Position numbers and translations under genes: made by a program
Notes under the pieces: model-generated
Told to the model about the DNA's origin: nothing
The model's input: only the letters and a program-made list of their open reading frames with translations
Databases searched by the model: none
Shown here: positions 11,076 to 20,023 of the stretch, piece after piece
Layout of the letters: each line of letters opens with the position of its first letter
Position numbering within the stretch: the stretch's first letter is position 1
Source of the DNA: Bdellovibrionales bacterium
GTDB taxonomy: Bacteria > Bdellovibrionota > Bdellovibrionia > Bdellovibrionales > CAYMLA01
Assembly: GCA_965217115.1 (NCBI GenBank)
Contig: OZ244239.1
Span: 32,001-96,000, forward strand
Direction of reading: 5' to 3'
Length of the DNA stretch: 64,000 nucleotides

Positions 11076-12092
11076 ATGGATAAAGAGGTCTTAAAAACTT
11101 TATCTCAAACATGGATATCGGGGGAAGAGAATTATGTTCTCTTTGAAAAATCTTTAACTCGATATATAAGGCCTTCTTCAGAAAAAGTAAAATACCCCAC
11201 TGGAATGATAGTTCAAGATGGGGAGTTAAAGGTGTCCATCTCATCTTGTACTGGTAGAAGTCTATATCTCTGGCAGAAAAAAAATAAAGTTCCATTTATT
11301 GAAGCTAAATTATGTGTGTTATATCAGCTGTCTTTAGCCTTAAGAGAGTTGGGTGAGAATTCCCTTGTCCATGGAAATTTGAACCCTGAGCTAGTGAATA
11401 TTTCAGATGAGGGTTATTTGTCGATTGTTGAACCAGGGCTGATATTGTCTTTAAGTGAAGTGATAGAAAAGGAGGATGTGTTTGGAGCCCATGATTATTT
11501 GGCACCAGAGGTATTGTCTTCTAAAGCCTATTCCCAGAAATCGGATATGTATTCTTTTGGAGTATTGGCCTATGAGCTTCTTACGGGGAGATATCCACAG
11601 CAAGAGAAGCTGGATGCACAGAGCCTATGTTCATATATCCCAGATAAGTTAAACTTGTTGATTATGAGTTGTCTAAAAGAGAGTCCTAATGAACGTTTTG
11701 ATTGTGAAAAAGTGGTAAAAGAGTTGAGAGAGTTAATGAAAAGCTATGATTTTTTGGAGAAAAAGAATCTCTTCTCTCGAAGGAAAATAGATGATGAAGA
11801 ATTACAAAGGTTTTCTTCATTAAAGAAAAAGACTCTTTTGGGAGGAATAGAGACATGCTTAAGTTATCTAGATAGATATGGGGAGGGGCGTTCGGAACAG
11901 GATCGGTTGTATGTTCTTCTGACTGAATACAAGGATGTCTTTTCTGTGGACAGCGAACTGGAGAAAATTTATGAGCGTTTGGAATTAAAGCATTTAAATC
12001 AAGGTCATTTTATTAAGAGACAGAGGCTACGGAGGCTGTTTGTTTTTCTTGTTGGTTTAGTTTTCGCATTTGCATTGTATTATTTTTCGTGA
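11076..12092 (+). CDS. Ser/Thr kinase-like protein with degenerate catalytic motifs and C-terminal TM helix
   Basis: YLAPE, KSDMYSFGVLAYELLTG..P and P.ER conserved; HGNLNPELV replaces HRDLKPEN; EPG replaces DFG. Confidence 0.75.
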   Translation: MDKEVLKTLSQTWISGEENYVLFEKSLTRYIRPSSEKVKYPTGMIVQDGELKVSISSCTGRSLYLWQKKNKVPFIEAKLCVLYQLSLALRELGENSLVHGNLNPELVNISDEGYLSIVEPGLILSLSEVIEKEDVFGAHDYLAPEVLSSKAYSQKSDMYSFGVLAYELLTGRYPQQEKLDAQSLCSYIPDKLNLLIMSCLKESPNERFDCEKVVKELRELMKSYDFLEKKNLFSRRKIDDEELQRFSSLKKKTLLGGIETCLSYLDRYGEGRSEQDRLYVLLTEYKDVFSVDSELEKIYERLELKHLNQGHFIKRQRLRRLFVFLVGLVFAFALYYFS

Positions 12093-12374
12093 TGGTGCTG
12101 CAAATTCTGAAAAACCCATAGTGGCCTCTAACAAGAGGCTTTGTCATTCCTATTTAGGAACTCCTTGTGCAGCAGGGCAACATTGGTATGCGTCATTTTA
12201 ACTGAATGGTCTAGTAAGCTTTAAGAGGGGCATCGGCTATCTATCAAATTAAAGGGAAATGGTATTATATTGTTATTTCCAAGACCTCTATGAATTAAAA
12301 GTTAAAAAAGGGACAAAACCATATTAAGCTAGCATAGAAAAATATCTTTTATATATTTATTATGGGAAGTCGAG

Positions 12375-14282
12375 ATGATGATGAGGTTTATTTGTATTTT
12401 ATTTCTTTCTTTTTTTCTAGGTAATCAAGCCTTTTCTAAATGCCGTGTCCATATTGGTGATCTCAATTGGGATAGCTCAAACATACATACGGCCGTGGTG
12501 GGTTATCTCCTTAAGCATGGTTATGATTGTGAGGTTAAAAAAACTTATGGAGCGACATTGCCCATTTACAGTGCATGGTACGCTGGCAATGTGGATCTTA
12601 TTATGGAGATCTGGTATGCCAATTTAAAAGCCCCTGTTGATAAAGCTTTGGCAACAAAGAAGGTTCAGTTTGCAGGTGAAGCGACAAGAGATCCTTTACA
12701 GGCATGGTTTATTCCTAAATATTTGCAGGAGCAATATCCTGATCTGCAATCGGTGGAAGATCTGAAGCGTTATCGCCATTTATTTCAGAGTCCCCTAGAT
12801 AAAGAGAAGGGGCGGTTTTATAACTGTGTGGCTGGTTGGGGCTGCACGATTATTAATACCATTAAACTCCAAGCCTATGGATTGAATGAATACTATGAAG
12901 ACTTCATTCCAGGCAGCGGGGGGGCTTTATCAGCGGCCTTTAAATCGGCTTATACCCAAAAGCAACCCATTGTTGGTTACTATTGGGGGCCAACGTTGTT
13001 AATGAGTGAAATAGAGTTAGTGGCTCTGAAAGAGCCAGAATACAAGAAAAACATATGGTCGAAAATGTTGGAAGACAATTTTGAATTGGTCAAAAAAAAT
13101 GGTGGAGCGGGTATTAAGAATAAAAAAATCCAAGCAACTGAGTACCCCCCAATTCCTCTTTATATTGGTGTAACAACAAAGTGGGCTAAGGAAAACCCAC
13201 GATTGATGGCTTTTTTGGGTAAATATCACATAGATTCAGAAACTTTATCAAAGTATAGCAATTATTTAAGATACGAAGAGGGAGGAGATTTAGAAAAAAC
13301 AGCTATTCGATTTTTAAAGGGCAACACTCAATGGCAGGGATGGTTGCCTGCTGCTGAAGCTGATAAAGTAAAAAAATCTTTGAATTTATTAGGTGGGCTA
13401 GATACAGGAAAAGACAGTTTATGGTGGGACAAGAACCCAATTAATATTGATTTTGTAGAGCCAACGAACCAATTTATAGATGAGTTGTTAAAACGTTACG
13501 GCCATATTTTGAATGCGTTCTCAAAGAATATGACTCATGCTATAATATTAGTCGGGAAATTCCTGTCATGGCTGCCCTGGTCAGTGTTCCTATTAAGCTT
13601 GTTTCTTATATCTTATCTTTTTAGCCGTTCTTGGCGAATGACATCTATGGTTACGTTAAGCACTTTTTTGTTAGCATCTCTAGGTGAAAACCTATGGCTA
13701 GAGGCCATGCAAACACTTTCACTAATGCTTATATCTGTTCTTATATCTCTCGTGATTGGAATTCCGTTGGGGATTATTTCAGCAAAGAGCAAAAGAATAA
13801 GCAGTTATTTAAAACCAGCTTTAGATTTTATGCAGACGATGCCAAGTTTTGTTTATTTAGTTCCTGCGATTATGTTATTTGGATTAGGAGAAGTGCCAGC
13901 GGTATTTGCGACATTAGTTTATGCAATTCCTCCTTTGATTCGTTTAACAGAATTAGGTATTAGAGAGATTGACAAAGAAATCATTGAAGTGACAGAGGCA
14001 TTTGGTGATTCATTTTTTCATAAATTATTCTTTGTCGAAATACCTTTAGCCCTGCCAAGTATTATGCAAGGGATTAATCAAATGACAATGATGGCACTAT
14101 CTATGGTTGTGATTGCCTCGATGATTGGAGCGCCAGGATTGGGTAAAACTGTCTTGGTGGGTATGCAACAATTAAATGTAGGATTAGCTTTACAGGCGGG
14201 AGTTGCGATTGTTTTATTAGCAATTATTTTAGATCGAATTATACAGGCGATAGGTCAGAGATTTGGAGGGGAGAGTGAATAA
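12375..14282 (+). CDS. Fused glycine betaine/proline ABC substrate-binding protein and permease (ProX-ProW-like)
   Basis: N-terminal SBP (LNWDS, MEIW, GWGC, YYWGP); C-terminal permease LDFMQTMPSFVYLVP, MMALSMVVIASMIG. Confidence 0.88.
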   Translation: MMMRFICILFLSFFLGNQAFSKCRVHIGDLNWDSSNIHTAVVGYLLKHGYDCEVKKTYGATLPIYSAWYAGNVDLIMEIWYANLKAPVDKALATKKVQFAGEATRDPLQAWFIPKYLQEQYPDLQSVEDLKRYRHLFQSPLDKEKGRFYNCVAGWGCTIINTIKLQAYGLNEYYEDFIPGSGGALSAAFKSAYTQKQPIVGYYWGPTLLMSEIELVALKEPEYKKNIWSKMLEDNFELVKKNGGAGIKNKKIQATEYPPIPLYIGVTTKWAKENPRLMAFLGKYHIDSETLSKYSNYLRYEEGGDLEKTAIRFLKGNTQWQGWLPAAEADKVKKSLNLLGGLDTGKDSLWWDKNPINIDFVEPTNQFIDELLKRYGHILNAFSKNMTHAIILVGKFLSWLPWSVFLLSLFLISYLFSRSWRMTSMVTLSTFLLASLGENLWLEAMQTLSLMLISVLISLVIGIPLGIISAKSKRISSYLKPALDFMQTMPSFVYLVPAIMLFGLGEVPAVFATLVYAIPPLIRLTELGIREIDKEIIEVTEAFGDSFFHKLFFVEIPLALPSIMQGINQMTMMALSMVVIASMIGAPGLGKTVLVGMQQLNVGLALQAGVAIVLLAIILDRIIQAIGQRFGGESE

Positions 14283-15084
14283 TATTATTATAGAGAATAC
14301 TTACCAATGTTACGGCCCCATTAAAGGGCATTTAGAAGCGATGAAGATGGCCGATGAAGGTCAGAGTAAGTCAGAAATTTTAAAGAAAACAAAATGTACT
14401 CTAGCTCTTAATAATTTGGATTTGTTTTTTGGGCCAGAAAAAATTTCCGTAGTCATGGGATTATCTGGTTGTGGAAAATCAACTTTGGTTCGTTTGATTA
14501 ATGGGTTGATTTCACCGACTCGGGGTAGGATACAAGTTGGGGATTTTGTGGTTAATCATCTGAGTAAACAGGAGTTGAGAGATTATCGTAAAAGTGAAGT
14601 GAGCATGGTGTTTCAGAATTTTGGTTTATTTCCCCATAAAACAGTATTAGAGAATGTTTGCTATGGTTTGTTTGTACAAGATTCAAAAGTAAAAAATGCA
14701 GAGATGAGAGCGATGAGAACCATTGAGAGGGTTGGCTTGGGAGGTTATGAGAAGCACTATCCACGGGAGTTGTCTGGAGGTATGAAACAAAGGGTTGGAT
14801 TAGCCCGAGCTTTGGCCGTGGAGACGCCCATTGTCTTGATGGATGAGGCCTTTAGCGCTCTGGACCCTTTGATTCGCTCGCAATTACAAGATGAATTATT
14901 AAAATTACAAGAAGAACAGAAAAAAACTATTATTTTCGTAAGTCACGATATTAGGGAAGCAATGAAAATTGGAGACAGCATTGCTATCTTAAAAGAAGGA
15001 GCCGTTGTGCAGTACGACACCCCTGAGCATATTCGTCAATCACCTGCAGATGAGTATGTGAGCCAATTCTTTGAATCTGTCTAG
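14263..15084 (+). CDS. proV: Glycine betaine/proline ABC ATPase (ProV-like, no CBS domains; start probably GTG 14275)
   Basis: MGLSGCGKS, SMVFQNFGLFPH, LSGGMKQRVGLARALA, LMDEAFSALDPLIR. Confidence 0.88.
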   Translation: MEGRVNNIIIENTYQCYGPIKGHLEAMKMADEGQSKSEILKKTKCTLALNNLDLFFGPEKISVVMGLSGCGKSTLVRLINGLISPTRGRIQVGDFVVNHLSKQELRDYRKSEVSMVFQNFGLFPHKTVLENVCYGLFVQDSKVKNAEMRAMRTIERVGLGGYEKHYPRELSGGMKQRVGLARALAVETPIVLMDEAFSALDPLIRSQLQDELLKLQEEQKKTIIFVSHDIREAMKIGDSIAILKEGAVVQYDTPEHIRQSPADEYVSQFFESV

Positions 15085-15096
15085 TAGAGCAGCCCA

Positions 15097-16482
15097 TCAG
15101 TTTTGCAGTTTGTGTGGAAGCCAAGTGCTAAGCTCTGGAAAGAACCAAATCAGGAGCATGATCATTAGCTGTATACCAATGAAGGGAATGACACCACGGT
15201 AGATCTGTCGAGTCGAGATTTTTTTGGGAGCGACGCCTCTTAGATAGAAGAGAGAAAAACCGAAGGGAGGCGTAAGGAAGGAAGTTTGCAAGTTTAAGGC
15301 AATCATAACTCCTAACCAGATAGGGTCAAAACCCATTGTTAAGAGTATAGGAGCCACAATGGGTACAACGACGAAAGTGATCTCAAAGAAATCGAGAAAA
15401 AACCCTAGAAGAAATATAACCAACATAACAATGAAGAAGTAAGTTCCCGTGTTTCCTTCAGCAGAGTGTAGAAAACCTCGTATAAGTTCATCGCCATTGT
15501 AGCCACGAAACACAAGAGAGAAGATTCCTGCACAAATGAGAATGGTGAAGACCATAGAGCTAATCTCAGTTGTTTTCTCCATGATTTCTTTAAGGTTCTT
15601 TTTAGAGAGCTTCTTTTTTGTCATTGCAAGAATAAGTGCCCCCACAGAACCCACAGATGCTGCCTCTGTGGGGGTTGCAACACCTCCGAGGATAGAGCCT
15701 AGTACACCGATAATAAGCAAAATAGGAGGTGTTAATACGAAAACAAGCCGCTTAATAAGTTCTTTTTGTGAAATTTCTTGTCTCTCTTTTAAAGGAATAG
15801 CGGGGACACGACTGGGTTTTAACCAAGCAATCAAGAGAATATAAATCATGTAGCAGAGCATGAGTAGACTACCTGGAATAATAGCTCCAACAAAGAGATC
15901 TCCTACAGATACAGAAGAGGGGGAGAAATTACCCATAGATAATTGAGCTTGTTGATAGGCTGAGCTAATGACATCCCCGAGCACGATAAGAACAATGCTA
16001 GGAGGAATAATTTGTCCTAGGGTGCCGGAGGCACAAATGATCCCCGTGGACAGAGAGGGGTCGTAGTTTCTTTTAAGCATTGTTGGTAGAGAGATTAAAC
16101 CCATAGTGACAACGGTGGCACCGACAATACCAGTAGAAGCAGCAAGGAGGCCACCAACCAGACACACTGAAAGGCCTAAGCCTCCGCGAACTCCCCCAAA
16201 ACACAGAGCCATTGTATCGAGTAGTTCTTCTGAAATTTTTGATTTTTCGAGAACAATACCCATGAAAACAAAGAGAGGAACTGCGATAAGTATCTGATTA
16301 TTCATGATACCGAAGATCCTCTCAGGTAGAGCAGAGAGAAAGGCGGCATCAAAGTGCCCCGTTAATAAACCTATGCCAGCAAAGAGAAGTGATGAGCCCG
16401 ATAGACAAAATGCAACGGGATAACCTGAGAGCAAGAAGATAAGAGTCACAAAAAACATGATCAATGGAAGAGAATCAATCAT
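15097..16482 (-). CDS. TRAP transporter large permease (DctM family)
   Basis: Multi-TM; AVPLFVFMG, SGTLGQIIPPS, ATPTEAA, TSFLTPPFGF. Confidence 0.92.
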   Translation of the reverse strand: MIDSLPLIMFFVTLIFLLSGYPVAFCLSGSSLLFAGIGLLTGHFDAAFLSALPERIFGIMNNQILIAVPLFVFMGIVLEKSKISEELLDTMALCFGGVRGGLGLSVCLVGGLLAASTGIVGATVVTMGLISLPTMLKRNYDPSLSTGIICASGTLGQIIPPSIVLIVLGDVISSAYQQAQLSMGNFSPSSVSVGDLFVGAIIPGSLLMLCYMIYILLIAWLKPSRVPAIPLKERQEISQKELIKRLVFVLTPPILLIIGVLGSILGGVATPTEAASVGSVGALILAMTKKKLSKKNLKEIMEKTTEISSMVFTILICAGIFSLVFRGYNGDELIRGFLHSAEGNTGTYFFIVMLVIFLLGFFLDFFEITFVVVPIVAPILLTMGFDPIWLGVMIALNLQTSFLTPPFGFSLFYLRGVAPKKISTRQIYRGVIPFIGIQLMIMLLIWFFPELSTWLPHKLQN

Positions 16483-17000
16483 TTTGTTCCATGACCTACA
16501 TCTGAGAGTTGCTTTAAATTCTCCGTGTTGATGATTAATTGCACAGTTCCTTGAAGTATAAACATAATAGGAAAGACAAGGAGAAATGACTTTAAGAGGA
16601 ACACAGCAGGGATGCCATCATCAGTAGAAGTTTCTAGGAATTTCCAGGAATCAATAACATAGGGGTAACTTTGAAATATAATAAGGATGCAGGTAGGGAA
16701 TAAGAATAAAATAGTTCCTAGAATTTCAATAACGCATTTTGTTTTTATGGATAAATGATTATTTAAAATATCGACACGCACATGTTGATTCTTGTAGAGT
16801 GCGTAGCTGGCGCCCACAAGAAAAATCATCGAATGCATGTAATTGAGAGATTCTTGTAACCACACCCAACCGATATTAAAAACATAACGGAGAATAACAA
16901 TAAAAAATGTTGTTAAGACCATGAACAGAGTCAGCCAAGAGATCGTCTTGTGAAGATAGCAGTCTATTTTTAAAAGATTTTTTTTTAAAGAGTTCATCAC
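16479..17000 (-). CDS. TRAP transporter small permease (DctQ family)
   Basis: Four TM segments, V.LRY.F, QE, HVRVD; lies between the TRAP SBP and large permease. Confidence 0.9.
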   Translation of the reverse strand: MMNSLKKNLLKIDCYLHKTISWLTLFMVLTTFFIVILRYVFNIGWVWLQESLNYMHSMIFLVGASYALYKNQHVRVDILNNHLSIKTKCVIEILGTILFLFPTCILIIFQSYPYVIDSWKFLETSTDDGIPAVFLLKSFLLVFPIMFILQGTVQLIINTENLKQLSDVGHGTK

Positions 17001-17007
17001 GAAGAGA

Positions 17008-18096
17008 TTAAGAGAGTGTTAATTGCCTGGCAAGAAGATAACCTTCCTCTGTGATTCGGCTATAGTTTATTGATTGCTTGCGGAATTGTTCAAAAGAGTT
17101 GTAGATTTTTTGGCTTAAGGGGTCTTTCTGTGCAACCTGTGACACGACGTCTCTTGAAGTTTTTTCAAGGGTCTTTAAAACGCTATCAGGAAATTTTTTA
17201 AGAACAACCTTATGCTTTGTAACAAGCGTTTTAAGGGAGACACTATTAAGGGCTGTGAATTCAGACATAATATCGTCATTGCTGGCCTTGCAGGCTTCTT
17301 TGACAATGTGTTGCAAGTCTTTAGGCAGCTTATTATAGGCTTTTAGATTAACCATTCCTTCAAGAACAGCGCCTGGTTCGTGCCAGCCAGGCCAGTAATA
17401 GAATTTAGCTGTTTTATGAAAGCCAAAGGCAAGATCGTTATAAGGGCCAATCCATTCAGCAGCATCAATAGCACCTGATTTCATAGATTGAAATAGTTCT
17501 CCGCCTGGGATGGTGACAACAGTGGCCCCTTGTTTTTTAAGGACTTCTCCCCCTAGACCAGACATGCGAATCTTTAAACCTTTAAAATCCTTTATGGAAT
17601 TAATTTCTTTGTTGAACCAACCGCCCATTTGCACGCCGCTATTACCTGCAGCAAAGCTCTTGAGTCCAAACTGTGAATAGAGTTCATCCCAGAGTTGTTG
17701 TCCGCCACCATGATTAAGCCACGCATTTATTTCTAGAGCATTTAAGCCAAAAGGGATGGTGGTGAAAAAATTTGTGGCGGGATGTTTTCCTTTCCAATAA
17801 TAGGCAGCTGCATGCCCCATTTCAGCAGTGCCCCGCTTAACAGCATCAAATACTCCAAGGGCAGGGACGAGTTCACCTGCTCCAAAGACTTTGATTTTCA
17901 AACGTCCACTGGACATTTGGTTAATTCTTTTGGCTAGATTATTAGCGCCAATGCCTACGCCAGGAAAATTTTTGGGCCAAGCAGTGACCATCTTCCATTG
18001 GTATTTTTTTTCAGAGGCAATAACATGGGATGGAACCATAGCGGTCGTTCCCACAAGTGCGGCATTCTTTATAAAGCGACGTTTTGTCTTGTCCAT
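17008..18096 (-). CDS. TRAP substrate-binding protein (TakP/DctP family, probably keto acid or monocarboxylate), Tat signal
   Basis: KRRFIK twin-arginine; WKMVTAWPKNFP, YYWKGK, QMGGWF, EWIGP, YWPGWHEP. Confidence 0.9.
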   Translation of the reverse strand: MDKTKRRFIKNAALVGTTAMVPSHVIASEKKYQWKMVTAWPKNFPGVGIGANNLAKRINQMSSGRLKIKVFGAGELVPALGVFDAVKRGTAEMGHAAAYYWKGKHPATNFFTTIPFGLNALEINAWLNHGGGQQLWDELYSQFGLKSFAAGNSGVQMGGWFNKEINSIKDFKGLKIRMSGLGGEVLKKQGATVVTIPGGELFQSMKSGAIDAAEWIGPYNDLAFGFHKTAKFYYWPGWHEPGAVLEGMVNLKAYNKLPKDLQHIVKEACKASNDDIMSEFTALNSVSLKTLVTKHKVVLKKFPDSVLKTLEKTSRDVVSQVAQKDPLSQKIYNSFEQFRKQSINYSRITEEGYLLARQLTLS

Positions 18097-18265
18097 AGCT
18101 ATAATAGTCCCCAGAGTTTAGTGAAATAAGGTTATTATACAGTTTACGTAGTTTATTGATAATATTTTATTAAAATTATCGTGATGTCTCGTAAACAACG
18201 CTACGGGTCGTAGAAAAAACAACTAAAAATGCCAGTGAGTGTTGTCTATCGTTTTAATGCGAGAG

Positions 18266-18314
18266 ATAAAACATAGAAATAAAGTATAGAAATAAAACAT
18301 AGAAATAAAGATAG
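18266..18314 (+). repeat. 13-bp AT-rich tandem repeat, about 3.7 units
   Basis: ATAAAACATAGAA / ATAAAGTATAGAA / ATAAAACATAGAA / ATAAAGATAG. Confidence 0.8.
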
Positions 18315-18344
18315 TTAATTAAAATAGATCAATAGGGAAGAATC

Positions 18345-18728
18345 ATGGGGAATTTTGCTTTACGGGTTGTACTGATTGTTTTTAACGGGGCCCCTTTGCT
18401 TTTGCAAGGAGCTGAGGCGGGTGAGGTCAGTGGACAAGGGAAAATTAGCATTAAGAGAATGGCTCCAAAATCTATGAATGTACAGAGACAGGGATGGTAC
18501 ACAGTTCAGGTGGGAGTCTTTCGTAAAAAAAACAATGCTGCCCGCCTTTATCAAACCCTAAGAGATCAGGATCTCTTTGTAAAAATTTTATCCATGAAAC
18601 ATAAAAGATTGGGCTCTGTCTATGTCGTACGTACAAAAGTGATGAAATACTATAAAGCCAAATCCTATGGCCGAATTCTCTCTGAAGCTACGGGGTTAAA
18701 ACCATCTTTGGTAAGAATGCATCACTAG
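18345..18728 (+). CDS. SPOR-domain (peptidoglycan-binding) secreted protein
   Basis: Signal-like N-terminus; YTVQVGVFRKKNNAARL SPOR motif. Confidence 0.75.
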   Translation: MGNFALRVVLIVFNGAPLLLQGAEAGEVSGQGKISIKRMAPKSMNVQRQGWYTVQVGVFRKKNNAARLYQTLRDQDLFVKILSMKHKRLGSVYVVRTKVMKYYKAKSYGRILSEATGLKPSLVRMHH

Positions 18729-19088
18729 AAAGCCTATTCTTGGAGAAGACAGAGAATGCTACAGGGGCATGCGGCTTTAGTCTAGATCAGACAATGTTCT
18801 TTTTAGTAGACACTCTACCAACGAAGAGATGGGCACAAGATATCTAGATGGAATTCCACTCTTATCCCGACCTTGTGATGGTTTTAGGCCAGTGATCCCT
18901 TTGAAGGAATTCGATTCATTTACACGGATATAAAAAAACACTACCATTAGAGTATGGCGTAGGGTGGCTGGGGAAAAAACTTTCGAAAGCTATTAACCTG
19001 TCGGTTTGCGACAAGCGTCAATAAAACTAAGAGAGTGGGAAAACCTAAACTCTTTAAAATGGTAAAACTATTCTAGGAGGGAGCAAGG

Positions 19089-19490
19089 ATGCTTAGAGAA
19101 ACGTTGATTCAGAAAGGACTTTCGAATCGTGAGGCAGAGGTCGCAGTGTTGGTTTCTCAGGGCCTACCAAACAAAGAAGTCGCCGAGAAACTTTTTGTTA
19201 CAGAGAAGACAGTTAAATTTCATTTAACTAATATTTACAAAAAAATGTGCGTGAAATCTCGTGCTCAATTAATTGTATGGTGCTTACCTCATATGAGTTT
19301 TGTTGAAAATCAGACTCCTGCTGTACAGAATCAAAATATTAATAATGGCCCCTACGGTGCCACCACGCAAACGGCAACAATTCCTGCTGGTAACAGCACA
19401 GTTGCCGAAGATGCAGAAGCATTTCTTCCCCATAAGAACAGCGGTTTTGGTGATGGAGAACACTCTGGTGAAAACGGAGCTGGTCAGTAG
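19089..19490 (+). CDS. Stand-alone LuxR/GerE-type HTH regulator with low-complexity tail
   Basis: LSNREAEV..LVSQGLPNKEVAEKLFVTEKTVKFHLTNIYKK; RBS AGGAGG. Confidence 0.9.
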   Translation: MLRETLIQKGLSNREAEVAVLVSQGLPNKEVAEKLFVTEKTVKFHLTNIYKKMCVKSRAQLIVWCLPHMSFVENQTPAVQNQNINNGPYGATTQTATIPAGNSTVAEDAEAFLPHKNSGFGDGEHSGENGAGQ

Positions 19491-19516
19491 GTTTTTTGTT
19501 TTATTCATGCTTAGGA

Positions 19517-19546
19517 AAAGAGAGCTCTTAGCTTTCTTTTTTTTTG
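19517..19546 (+). terminator. Intrinsic terminator after the LuxR-type gene
   Basis: AGAGAGC-tctta-GCTTTCT stem followed by a long T run. Confidence 0.55.
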
Positions 19547-19575
19547 TCCTGCTCGCCACGGCCAACGTGGCGAGG

Positions 19576-19866
19576 CTACTTAAGCTTGCTATAATAGCTA
19601 GCTAATTCTTCCATATCTTTATCAGAGAGTATCTTAGCCATAGGGGCCATTGCAGGGTCTTTGCGGAGACCACTTTTAAAGGCCTGTAGCTGTTTGAGTA
19701 AATAAGCTTTTTTCTGCCCATTAAGATTAGGATAAATAGGTGCTGTGCCTACCCCGTTAGTGCCATGACAGGCAGCGCAAACAGCTAGTTTAGCAGGTTT
19801 GGCTAGGCAGGACAGTGCTAAAGAAGAAGTTATTAGAAAAAGGGTTATCAGTGAGAGTTTCTTCAT
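19576..19866 (-). CDS. Small monoheme class I cytochrome c (c553/c554-like)
   Basis: Signal peptide, CAACHG heme motif, YPNLNGQ, axial Met in PAMAPMA; ATG 19866 follows an AGGAG RBS. Confidence 0.9.
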   Translation of the reverse strand: MKKLSLITLFLITSSLALSCLAKPAKLAVCAACHGTNGVGTAPIYPNLNGQKKAYLLKQLQAFKSGLRKDPAMAPMAKILSDKDMEELASYYSKLK

Positions 19867-19923
19867 AATTAAGCTCCTATTTTTAATTTGTACACCCAAC
19901 TCTATTTAGTCATTCCCCTGAAA

Positions 19924-19950
19924 ACATCGGCTTCTTTTTGCTTTTCCTTA
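19924..19950 (-). promoter_or_regulatory. Sigma-28 (FliA)-like promoter of the cytochrome c gene
   Basis: Minus strand TAAG-N15-GCCGATGT versus consensus TAAA-N15-GCCGATAA, about 58 bp upstream of the ATG. Confidence 0.55.
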
Positions 19951-20023
19951 AGTTTTAAAATAAAACCAGTGAATATTTTAATAAGCTATATAGTATACCA
20001 TAGTAACTAAGAGAGGATATTCA

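Noticed and set aside
18960..19060. c-di-GMP-I (GEMM) riboswitch upstream of the LuxR gene
   Set aside because: Only a TTCGAAAG fragment and GGAAAA runs are present; the paired P1/P2 architecture could not be built.
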